DNA of 64,000 nt from Octopus sinensis. Taxonomy: Eukaryota. The translations under genes were made by a program, and so were the position numbers. The stretch is from the NCBI RefSeq assembly GCF_006345805.1, contig NC_043008.1:51398001-51462000 (forward strand). Direction: 5' to 3'. This document shows positions 52,178 through 64,000 of this stretch, piece by piece (within the stretch, counting starts at the first letter, position 1; every line of letters starts with the position of its first letter). The notes beneath the pieces were generated by a model that was not told the DNA's origin, ran no database searches, and saw only the letters and a list, made by a program, of their open reading frames with translations.

Positions 52178-54032
52178 CTCTGTCTGTCTTTGTGTCTGTC
52201 CCCAATATATGTATATACTTGCATGCATGTAATTTTATTGAATTTTATTGAAAAACCACGTACCACGTATGATTACCTTACAACATACAAAAACTGTTTC
52301 GGCGTACTCATTATATTCTATTTGAGGTCGGGTAACTTATTTCGAACGTCAGACGAGATGTGTTAAGTACATTGAAACAGGTCACGTATATTGAAAGGTC
52401 AGATATTTTTAATAAAATTATGGGCACATTACATTTGAAATGTATATATATATATATATATACACATCCAGCCACGTGCTTTCACATACCAACTCACCAA
52501 TATATATATACATATATATATATAGAAAACTATGTATGTATGTGTATGTGTGTGTCTGTGCGTGCTCGCACACACACGCGTACACAAGCAAACGCATCGA
52601 AACTGTGATGGCTTTTGATCGATAGCTGATGAGGAACAAGCGTGTCTACCACCTTTGCATGTCTTTCCCTTCTTCGCATGTTTCGTCGTCGACCTCATAT
52701 GTCACATACACACTCACACAAACACATACACACACGCATGCGCTATCATATATATATATAAATATATACTGTGTCCATATATCAATATTGAAATATATTC
52801 ATGGTTAAATTTTAAAAAGTACTTTTTCCCTTTTTTTTAAAAAAAAACAAAAACTTTTGTTTATTTAGAAAAAATATTAGCATTTATTGATAGGAAATGT
52901 TGATATTAAATATCATACACTATACAACAGTCCGAATATACACTTTCACGCATGCATTCATACCAATCCACGCTTATATTACCACCAAACCACCTAATGT
53001 ATATAAATATACACCTGCGATTTCATTAAAATGAACACAGACACCACCACCACACACACACACACACACAAAGTCATACACACTCACATACAAACACAAC
53101 TCAAAATCACATAGAAAAGCACGTACACACATACGCATACACATCTCTTATAACATATAAATACGCAATAACGAGGAAGCTTCTATAGAGTTACAGAAGA
53201 TGCTAGAAAATGCAACCAAACTTTACCAAATTTCATCCCACCAATTCAATAATCTTAGATATACAACGCCCAAAAATAAGATGTGATGTTGACGCCTGGA
53301 ACATTTTTGATCTTAAGTCTACTTAGTGACCGTTGACCTAGGGCTATAGAACAGCGACAATGATAACAAAATCGTATATAGACACATACACATCTCCTTA
53401 GAATTACATAAGTATATACCGACATACACATTATGTATATACATAAATACTGGCTGCGATTAGGTTTCTAATAATGTCATCGCTTGACATCGCTCTTAAA
53501 CATAAGCAGTGCAGAAGTAGCGTTCAGTCTTACCATTCTTTGGACAGACTTGGATTTCAGTCTTGCTAGGAACCTATATTATAACGCACAAATGTGGTAA
53601 CGATGGGCACCTCTTACAGAAGGTGTTCACGGATCTTACCAACCATGTTGACACTTGCTTTCATTCAATTATGGAATTCTTCATTGTTTTGCCTTTCCAA
53701 ACTACGGTTCCCTATAGCGTCCAAAACATAATTGAGACATTATCAGAAGCGTTAAAAAATCAAGTGATGCTTGTTCCTGGTTTTTTATTTATTTTAAAGT
53801 GAGGGTTGCTCCTTTCATAGGGCCAAACACTCTCTGAACAACGTATGTATTTGCCCGAAAAGAACTAGTCTATATCTTGAGGAGAATACGAAGTCACAGA
53901 TGTTACGTCAGAGTTTTCCTTCTCCTAGAGAGACGTCTAAAAGATGACTGGGATTCTCACACTCATCTGTTGAATAGTTGTTGACGCAACAGAGATCATC
54001 CACTCTTTGACATACATACACGTACATACATA

Positions 54033-55067
54033 TTGAGAAATCTGCAGTTGCTCTATCCAGTTTACAAGTTCAGGTTTATACCTGTAATTATTGGGGCACT
54101 GGGATATGTAACACACTGCCTAAATACCAAACTTGAGAAATTAAGCTTCTCAAAACCAGAATGTAGAAAGCTGATTCGAAGACTACAGATCCTAGTCATC
54201 ACTGGAACTGTAAAAATCTGTAAAACTTTCCAGAAGTTTATCATTTAAGTATATATGAGCATATCTAGATATGTATGAGAAAACATACATAAAACAAAAT
54301 ATACAAATCTGCACATATCCACACATACATTGTCCTGCAGGTATAAATATCCCTTTGAAATTCAAAGAAAAATAGCATATCTATGGTCAACTGCTGCGAA
54401 ACCTCCAGTTTCTATATCCAGACTAGGAATTCATATTCATACCAATAATAATTGGAGCACTAAGATTTGTTAGTAAATGCTTAAAGGAGAATCTGGATAA
54501 ACTGGCATTTTCAGAAAGAGAAACTGACCGGCTGATTCGTACATTACTAGTGCAATCTGTGAGTGGAACACTAAAAATATGTAAGACTTTTCTCAAGTTC
54601 CAAATGTGAATTTGTCTGTGTTAACTACATCCCAAAGATGAAGCCTTGTATCTCTGTTGGAAACCGGCTCTCTCCTCAGTGGAAGATTTATAATAATTAA
54701 AAAATAGAAGACACATACACACACATACATACATACATACATACATACATACATACATACATACATACATACATACACACACACACGTACATATATACAT
54801 ACATACATAATTACATACATACATACATTATGATGGCTGGCCCCTCGTTTTCGAGTATGGCCATTGCACGAAGCTTAACTGTTACTGGTGCTGTGATCGA
54901 ATGTACATACATACATACATACATACATACATACATACATACATACATACATACATAGAAAATACTTTTCTGATGTTGAAATTGCAATGAAGGAACCTTG
55001 GATCTCGATTAGAAACCGGCCTCTTTTCTATTGGCAAGAAATCTTGAAATAAAACTGAATAATGACG
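54033..55067 (+). mobile_element. 3' end of an RLE-type (R4-like) LINE, copy A, interrupted at ~54331-54950
   Basis: LRNLQLLYPVYKFRFIPVIIGALGYVTHCLNTKLEKLSFS...GTVKICKTFQKFII* (54033-54248); 3' UTR resumes at ~54960 and matches 30400-30507. Confidence 0.75.
54331..54715 (+). mobile_element. 3' end of a related RLE-type LINE, copy B, nested in the 3' UTR of copy A, with (CATA)n tail
   Basis: CPAGINIPLKFKEK*HIYGQLLRNLQFLYPD*EFIFIPIIIGALRFVSKCLKENLDKLAFS...GTLKICKTFLKFQM*. Confidence 0.7.
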
Positions 55068-55129
55068 GATATATATATACACGTATGCAAGCATGCGTAC
55101 ATACATACATGCATGCAATTATAACGACC

Positions 55130-55272
55130 CAGGTACTCAATGCCTACATATTTTATCAACACAGAAAGAATAAAGAACAAAATCGACCCTTGAACAATTT
55201 GATCTCAGAACGTAAAAAGCCGAAAGAAATACCGCTAACCACTCTGCCCGATGTGCTAAGGATCGGCGCCTT
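55130..55272 (-). mobile_element. SINE family A, diverged
   Basis: AAAATCGACC...ATTTGATCTCAGAACGTAAA...GAAATACCGCTAA. Confidence 0.6.
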
Positions 55273-55396
55273 ACGCTTATACATATGTATACACACAGAC
55301 ACAGACACGCACACGCTCACACACGTACATGGCATCTTTATATATTAATAGATTAATAAATAAATATATGTGCATATATGATATATATATACATAC

Positions 55397-55444
<48 letters not shown>

Positions 55445-55929
55445 CACGTACAACACGGCGCTCTCTTTCACACATAAAATGTATGTATGCATGTGTGTAT
55501 ACATATATATTATATATATATATATATATATAAACGTAAATGTATACATATATATACAAATTTACATCAATAACTCCTATTACCATGGCTATTTCACAAG
55601 AATCTATTAACAACCAGAAATGACTTACTTTACCAAATATAGATAAATTAATATTAGAGCTACACATGCACGCACAGACATACACACACACTCACACACA
55701 CATACACGCATATATACACACATGCACACACAGACGCACACAATCACGCACACACAACACAACAGAACAGCACACGCGGATAAAACGCACACATGAACCC
55801 ACTATACATACATACATATATATATAATATATACATATTATATAACATACTATTATATATACATACTACATATATTATATATATATATTATACTTAATAC
55901 ATATATATATATATATATACATACATATA

Positions 55930-55961
<32 letters not shown>

Positions 55962-56345
55962 CATATACACACACATATATATAATATTATATACTATATA
56001 TAATATATATATATGTATATATATATATTACACATATATATATGCATATGTATATGCATAAATTCATACATATATACATATATATATATATGTATGCATA
56101 TATTCTACCCCTCTCTAACACACGCATGCACACATACGCACACACACACACACACAAACGCACATAATTTAATATCAGGAATATCAGGAGTATAAACTGG
56201 TTGAAATAGACATTTATATCAAATAGATATCAATAAAAACTAATAATTAATCGATATATTGATAAAAAATATTGATCAATCACTTGATCAGACAATGGTA
56301 ATTCAAGATTTTCTTGCTTTATTTTTCATATTTTTCTTCTTGGCA

Positions 56346-56381
<36 letters not shown>

Positions 56382-56656
56382 ACCCCTCTCCATCCTCTGC
56401 CTCTTTCTCCTTCTCCTCCTCCTCATTATCGTTGTTGTTGTTCTTGTTATGATAATTGGTTTTATTCCTCTTTCGTTATTTTATTGAAAAGAGAAACAGA
56501 ATTTTATTCAAATGTTAATGAGGATGCTGGATAAGCATTCTGGCATGAGTAATAATCGTAATAACGATGATGATGACGATGATGATGATGATGATGATGA
56601 TGATGGGGATATTGACGATGATAATGATAATGATGATGATGATAACTACATTAATA

Positions 56657-56693
<37 letters not shown>

Positions 56694-56735
56694 TACATAT
56701 ATATACATATACTATATATACATATATATATACAT

Positions 56736-56778
<43 letters not shown>

Positions 56779-57585
56779 TTATATATAATATATACATATA
56801 TAATACATATACATATATATATACACATACATATATATATACATATATATTATATATACATATACATATATATATATACATATATGTATACATATACATA
56901 TATAATACACATACATATATATACATATATATATATATACATATTATATACATATACATATTATATATACATATATATATACATATATATATATATATAC
57001 ATATACATATACATATACATATATATATATACACATATACATATACATATATATATACATATATATATATATACACATATATATATACATACATATATAT
57101 ATATAATACATACATACATATATATATATTATAAGGGCACTAATGCATGAATTTGTGTGAATATATATCTAAATACAGATATAGAGAAATATGTATGTAT
57201 ACGCATGCAAATACATCCATCCATACGTATACACATACATACATATACTATCATATACACACTTATACTTAGAGATGTGCAAAAGAGCAAGCACAGATAT
57301 TTTGCAAGTTATTCGTTATACTGATACCAAAATGGAACAATTTCACACGCCAAGAAACACTTAACACTCATCTACGCATATATACACATATATGCATGCA
57401 TTAATATATACTTCGGAAAATATTGTCACTCATATTTCTACTCGTATATAAGAACATTAATATATACTTAGGAATATATACCGCTGCATGTTTATACAAA
57501 TTAACACATCCATATCTATGCATAAAATATATACTTAATAACTTAATATACTTGCATATATAATATATATATATATATATATACA

Positions 57586-57618
<33 letters not shown>

Positions 57619-57642
57619 ATTCATATATATTATATATATATA

Positions 57643-57679
<37 letters not shown>

Positions 57680-57770
57680 CATACACACACACACATATAT
57701 ACAAATGTATATATATTGATATGTATATGTATGTGTATACATATATACACGTATATATATACACATACAA

Positions 57771-57853
<83 letters not shown>

Positions 57854-57952
57854 AAAGGAAATGAAGAAAATGCTGACAAATAATTGAAGTAATTAAGTAA
57901 TTTAATTAGGTGAAAGTTCTTTTTACCGGTTGCGCATTTGTTATGCTTATCA

Positions 57953-57989
<37 letters not shown>

Positions 57990-58143
57990 TTGTATGTGTG
58001 TGCTTGTATACATATACACATATGTTATGTGTGCACACACATATGAATGTGCGTTTTGACATACGGCAGAGCCTCTACGCGTGTTCACGTCAAAGTTACA
58101 AATTCGCCCGACAGATATATTAATGTTTAGAAATGTACACGGT

Positions 58144-58330
58144 AGGCGCATGCGTGGCTCTGATAATAAGTTTGCTTCCCAGCCACAGGGTTGCGGGTTC
58201 ATTTCCGTTGTGTAGCATCCTGGCTGAGTGCCTTATACTGTAGTCTCGGGCCAACCAAAGTCTTGTGAGTAGATTTGGTATGCAAAGACTGAAAAATGTT
58301 GGTGTGTTTTCGCCGTTGTATATGTGTGTA
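58144..58330 (+). mobile_element. SINE family B, 5' half
   Basis: AGGCGCATGCGTGGCT...TTGCTTCCCAGCCAC...CTCGGGCCAACCAAAGTCTTGTGAGTAGATTTGGTA. Confidence 0.75.
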
Positions 58331-58414
58331 TGTATGTATGTATGTATATATGTTTGTATGTATGTATGTTTGTATGTATGTATGTTATGTATGTATGTAT
58401 GTATATGTAAAAAA

Positions 58415-58551
58415 TTTCAGAATGAGATTAAAATCCAAAGCTGTGAAAAATTTTAGAACATTTATAAAAAGATTCGTAAATAGCTGTAAGACCTTCTATT
58501 TATAAATGTTCTAAAATCTTCACAGCCTTGGTTTTATATCTCATTCTGAAA
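58415..58551. repeat. AT-rich inverted repeat/MITE, ~58-bp arms and ~22-bp spacer
   Basis: TTTCAGAATGAGAT...TTTTAGAACATTTATAAA versus TTTATAAATGTTCTAAAA...ATCTCATTCTGAAA. Confidence 0.8.
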
Positions 58552-58814
58552 AAAAAATTTATATATACACATGCCGATATATGACCTACGTTGGACTCCT
58601 CATTCGCATAATCACCGAACCTGGACCTTAACTATAGTCTGTCCATAGCACTTACACAGTATTACCTGACACCTTTGGGTCTTATTGACACCATTACCTC
58701 TCATAACCTCTATGTATGTATGTATGTATGTATGTATGTATGTATGTATGTATGTGTGCCTAAATGATGATTTATATTTGTATATATATATAGATATATA
58801 TATATATATATATA

Positions 58815-59146
58815 TGGCTCAGCGGTTAGAGTGTCCGGCTCACAATCATGAGGTAGCGAGTTCGATTCCCGGACCGGGCTGTGTTGTGTTCTTGAACAAG
58901 ACACTTTATTTCACGTAGCTCCAATTCCCTCCTTTATAGGAATGGGTTGCCACGTCATTGGCGCCAAGCTGTATCGGCCTTTGCCTTTTCCTTGGATAAC
59001 ATCGATGGCATGGAGATGGGAGGCCAGTAGTCATGGACGGTTGCTGGTCTTCCATAAACAGCCTTGCCCAGATTTGTGCCTCGGAGGGGAACTTTCTAAG
59101 TGCAATCCTATGGTCATTCATGACAGAAGAGGTTGGGGTTTTACCT
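58815..59146 (+). mobile_element. tRNA-derived SINE, family C-related long copy, near full length
   Basis: Box A TGGCTCAGCGG, box B GAGTTCGATTCCC, then TTGTGTTCTTGAACAAGACACTTTATTTCACG. Confidence 0.85.
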
Positions 59147-59150
59147 TTAT

Positions 59151-59184
<34 letters not shown>

Positions 59185-59363
59185 GTGTGTGTGTATATAT
59201 GTATTTATGTATGTATACGTAAAGTTATATACCTACATAGGTACATGCACAGATACATATATGTATATTGGGTAAGAAAATATTGTAGAATAGTTGCAGA
59301 ATAGGATAAGCACAGATTTAGTGGTCGAAGTCCTCCACCTCCTCCTCCTGCCATCACCATAAT

Positions 59364-59404
<41 letters not shown>

Positions 59405-59902
59405 TTACTACTACTACTACTGTTGAGAGCGAATCACTGTGCAAACGCACCACAAACAAGCATATCGCAGTTATAAGGGAAATGAAATAGTAAACAGGAC
59501 CGCCATACTTGGAATGGATTTGGTTATATGCGTGTTGGATGAAGGTTACCTTGTGGACAGGGACAGCAGCAGCAGCAACAACAACAATAAAAACACAGAT
59601 TTTGGGGCGAAAAAAAGAACCGAAACGTTAATATGGTTGTCGATGAGTAAAAATTTATAGGAAAATTATTTAAATTAATGTCAGAGAGGAAGTAATAAAT
59701 AACTAAGGGGAAGCCAGGAATATTTCACAGATTAATGAAAGGGCATTGAAAGCTCGGGGAACAACAATAACAACAACAACCAACCTAACACCGTCGCCAC
59801 CATCAACAACAACAACAACAACAACCAACCTACCATCACCACCATCACCATGAACACCACCACCATCAACACCACCACCACCACCACCACACCACCACCA
59901 CC

Positions 59903-59934
<32 letters not shown>

Positions 59935-60584
59935 CAACAACACAACACCAACACCAACAACTAATCTACACTCACCACCACCACCAACAACAACAAGTGC
60001 AACAAACAACAAGAACAACAAGAACAACATCAACTTTCCGCCCCCGTCAAATCATTACCGAAACGAATTTGTCCCCTCCAAATGGTTCTTTTAGTCCTTT
60101 CGTTACCATGTTTCTGTCGAAATATATTGCTTAGTTTCAATTTTGGAAAAAGCGAAGAATTTTTAGATAAAAGAATTTTAGCATTATTAATTTGGAATTT
60201 GGAACATAAATTAAGATGGAAATTCGATGGAAGTTTCTAATTTAAATTACTTTAATCCTTTTGTTACCATATTTCTACAGCAGAACATTGATTCTGTTTC
60301 AATTAATTTCGAAAATAACGAAAGATTTCGTAAAATAACTGCCATTATTAAGATGGTTTGGAATTTTGATAGGAATTATTCGTTTCGATCACTTTAACAC
60401 TCATGTTACCATATTTTTTTGAAATGCACTAGCTATGGTTTAATCAATTTTGAATAAAATGAAGAATTTTGTAAAATAACTACTGTTATTAAGCTGGTGT
60501 CAAGAACACAAATTAACACAAAATTTTAATTATAATTTAGATCACTTGAAACCCTACTAATGAAAAAAATTGTTAAAATTTATA

Positions 60585-60806
60585 TATGTATATGTGTGTC
60601 TGTGTCTGTGTTTTTTCCCCACTGTCGCTTGTCAACCGATGTTGGTGTGTTTTCGTCGCCGTAATTAGCAGTTCAGCAAAAGAAACTGATAGAATAAGTA
60701 CTAGGCTTACAAAGAATAAGTCCTGGAGTAGAATTGTCCAACTGAAGGTGGTGCTCCAGCATAGCCACAGTCAAATGAGTGAAACAAGTAAAAGAATAAA
60801 AGAATA
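60585..60806 (+). mobile_element. SINE family B, 3' half, inside the satellite array
   Basis: CAACCGATGTTGGTGTGT...GATAGAATAAGTACTAGGCTTACAAAGAATAAGTCCTGG...GAAACAAGTAAAAGAATAAAAGAATA. Confidence 0.85.
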
Positions 60807-61231
60807 ACTTTGTCACTATTGACCTGGTGTTTGGAGCATAAATTAACATAAAATTAGCATAATATTTTATGGAAGGTTTCAGTTTAGCTCACTTTAACCA
60901 TTTTGCTACCATATTTCTGCTGATATACACTGCTTTTGCTTCAAATGATTTTTTAAACATAATTGCTGGTGTTAAGCTGAAGTTGGGAACATATTTTGAA
61001 ATGGAATTTTGATGGAAACTTTGGATTTAGATTCCTTTAACTTATTTGTTACTGTATTTCTACCAATAAAGAATTTCGTAGCATTGTCATTATTGAGCGT
61101 GAGACATAAATTGTTAAATGAAGTTTTGATAGAATGTATTAATTTAGGTAACTTTAACCCTTTTCTTACCAGATTTCTACTGATGAAGAATTCTGTAAAA
61201 TTACTTTGTCATTATCAAGCTGATTTTATTA

Positions 61232-61633
61232 AGGCGGCGATCTGGCAGAATCGTTACCACGCCAGGCGAAATGCTAAGCGGTATTTCATCTGCCGCTACG
61301 TTCTGAGTTCAAATTCCGCCGAGGTCGACTTTGCCTTTCATCCTTTCGGGGTCGATTAAATAAGTGCCAGTTACGCACTGAGGTCGATAGGATCGACTTA
61401 ATCCCTTCGTCTGTCCTTGTTTGTCCTCTCTGTGTTTAACCCCTTGTTGGTAGTAAAGAAATAGGTATTTCGTCTGTATTTACGTTCTGAGTTCAAATTA
61501 TGCCGAGGTCGACTTTGCCTTTCATCTCTTCGGGGTCAATAAATTAAGTACCAGTTACGTACTGGGTTCGATCTAATCGACTGGCCTCCTCCCTCAAAAT
61601 TTCGGGCCTTGTGCCTAGAGCAGAAAAGATTAT
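61232..61633 (+). mobile_element. SINE family A, full copy followed directly by a second head-truncated copy (dimer), inside the satellite array
   Basis: Full copy 61232-61463, then GGTATTTCGTCTG...GTTCTGAGTTCAAATT... repeats the body with the alternative tail to 61633. Confidence 0.85.
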
Positions 61634-61900
61634 CAAACCTGGGACATAAATTGACATTAAATTTTGATAGAATATTTTAGTTTGGGTCACTTTAAGCCTT
61701 TTGTTATTATATTTCTCCAGAAATATAATAATTTTGAAAATAATAAAGACTTTAGTGAAAAAACTTTGTTATTACTCAGTTCGTGTTTGGAACTGAAGTT
61801 TTGACGGAAGATTTTCACAGATATCACTTAAAAACAGGAAGCACATGCGCGCGCACACATTCACACATACATGTTTATGTGAATATATAAGAATATATGA

Positions 61901-62120
61901 AGGCGCGTGGCCTAGGGTTGCTCTCACGATCGCTAGATCCTGGGTTTGGTTCCCTGATTGGGCGGCGCGTTGTGTCCTTGAGCAAGACACTTCATTTCAC
62001 GTTGTTCCAGTCCCCAGCAGAGTGGCGTCATTTGAAGGCTAAAACAATGCAAAGCACATTGTGACCAGCGATGTGTAACAACATTTGATAGCCAGGTCGG
62101 TCACGTGATCACGAGATGTG
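61901..62120 (+). mobile_element. SINE family C-related copy
   Basis: AGGCGCGTGGCCTAG...GCGTTGTGTCCTTGAGCAAGACACTTCATTTCACGTTG. Confidence 0.75.
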
Positions 62121-62278
62121 AATGCAACACACACACACACACACACATATATATGTGAATATATGCATATATGTGTACATACATATATGTATGAATGAAT
62201 GACACACAGACACACATTGTAACTCTGATGCGAAACAGAAAGAAAAATTGAGTGTTGGACTGTGAGAGAGCGAAAGAG

Positions 62279-62322
<44 letters not shown>

Positions 62323-63285
62323 TGTGAGAAGAGAAAGATTGCGTGTGTGTGTATGTATGTATGTGTGCACATGTAACTGTGTGTGTCTGTGTATGTGTGT
62401 GTATGCAAGTGTGTGTGAAAGAAAAAGAGAGACCGAGTTGCTATTTAAAGAATGAACAAAGGTGGTTGGGAGAAGACAGCTACATAATATCGAACTATTG
62501 AACTGTTCATTAAATGATTGGTCCAATCAACAACAACAGCAACAACAAAACAAGAAACAAGTTTTTTTTTTTGTTAAACAAAGAATAATCTAGCGAGTTT
62601 TAATAAATTGAAATTTTGAGTGTTGGGCGTGGGTGGGGAGGTGGATGGTACGTTAAATGGGTGGAGATTGTCTGTCAGAAATTGGTGTTATTTATTATGT
62701 ATCATCATCACGATCATCGTCATTGTCATCAGCAATGTCATCATCATAATCGTCATCGTCATCATCATCATCATCAGAGATATCGATATGCGATTGCTGT
62801 AATGATTCTTCAGTCAAAAGAAATAAATGCGTGGAAATGTGTGTGTATGTATATATGTATGTAGATGTACATGTATGTATGCGTGTATAAATGTATGTAT
62901 GTATGTATGTATATATATATATATATAAATATTTAATATATCTATATAACAAATAATAAATACATATGTGCATATGGTATATTTGACTATGATATATGTT
63001 ATATATATATATATATATATGCATATATTAAACACACACATACGCACACGTATATATTTATAAAATAAAATGAATTTTAAAAATTTTCTTAGTATAAATC
63101 AATGAAAATAAAATTATCACCTTCCCCAAAGATATATATGTATGTACACACATATATAGACATGTATATAAAATAAAAACTATTTTAGTCTTGTATGCAT
63201 GTATGTATGTACGTAAGTATGTGTGTATGTATGTATGTAAGTATGTGTGTGTGTATGTATGTGTGTATGTATGTATGTATTTATG

Positions 63286-63316
<31 letters not shown>

Positions 63317-63722
63317 GTATGTATGTATGTATGTGTATTGCATATTTGGTGATGAAACGGACCCACATTAGAAAATAAATTAGTTAGCATCGTTATAGTC
63401 ATCTGTAATTAACTATATTTGTTATTAATTTCTAACTTCTAACGCTTTCTGAAAATTAACGACCATTCAGTGTCTGCTTAACTGAACATTAAGAGAACAC
63501 TCCGGCAAAAAACGAAAAGGCCAAAACCAAAAAGAAAAAGAAAGAAAAAAAACCCCATGAAAATTATAAAACTTATTTTACAATTTTTGGAAGATATTAA
63601 AGCTGTAGTAAAAACTATGAAAGTTTCGTGAGTAGTATATATTGAAGTTGTGTAATTTTATACGATTCTACGCCTACATGTTCAGTGGTAGGAATGCTAC
63701 CATCGTAGAGCACCACATTCAA

Positions 63723-63765
<43 letters not shown>

Positions 63766-63890
63766 TGTGTGTGTCTTTGACGGCCTATGAACTTCTTACC
63801 TGACCCTTCACGCGTGTATATATATGTGAAGTATATTTACCATTGTCGTGCAGTTACTGTCCATACCTCGTTCAGAGATTTATTATTGCT

Positions 63891-63961
<71 letters not shown>

Positions 63962-64000
63962 TTAATCAATATATTCAATGAGAATACAATATACTGAAGT

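Larger units (their letters stand above)
60088..61841 (+). repeat. Degenerate tandem array of a ~120-160 bp AT-rich satellite unit, interrupted by SINEs
   Basis: GTTACCAT-like anchors at 60102, 60263, 60405, 60905, 61048, 61165 and 61703, with shared GAAGAATTT..TAAAATAACT..ATTATTAAGCTG and ATAAATT motifs. Confidence 0.8.

Noticed and set aside
52598-52640. GAAA...CTGATGA type II hammerhead
   Set aside because: Stems I and III cannot be formed.
39-63981. Most ORFs in the supplied track (IYIY, LSIY, THTH, CVCV, poly-His and similar)
   Set aside because: They are translations of simple repeats that lack stop codons; no domain content.

Overview
Eukaryotic, AT-rich, microsatellite-saturated DNA with no long credible ORF; nearly all ORFs in the supplied track are translations of (TA)n, (CA)n, (TCTA)n, (CAT)n or (CAA)n repeats. 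The dispersed repeats match, from memory and not from a database search, the tRNA-derived SINE families and the 120-160 bp dispersed satellite of Octopus, so this is probably intronic or intergenic coleoid cephalopod DNA. Supported content: about 30 SINE copies or fragments of three families; two 5'-truncated Penelope-like elements (GIY-YIG endonuclease remnants) with inverted pseudo-LTRs carrying candidate hammerhead ribozymes; four 3' fragments of R4/Dong-like RLE-type LINEs, one nested in another; a Tc1/mariner transposase remnant; several MITE-like inverted repeats; a ~350 bp-arm inverted repeat; and minisatellites. No protein-coding gene could be identified with confidence (two isolated exon-like segments are flagged at low confidence). 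There are no CRISPR arrays, rRNA or true tRNA genes. Best leads: hammerhead-like RNA motifs in or near the Penelope pLTRs, the long fold-back repeat, a pre-miRNA-sized hairpin, a pair of RFX X-boxes, a tandem E-box, and LINEs that appear to insert into and end in microsatellites.
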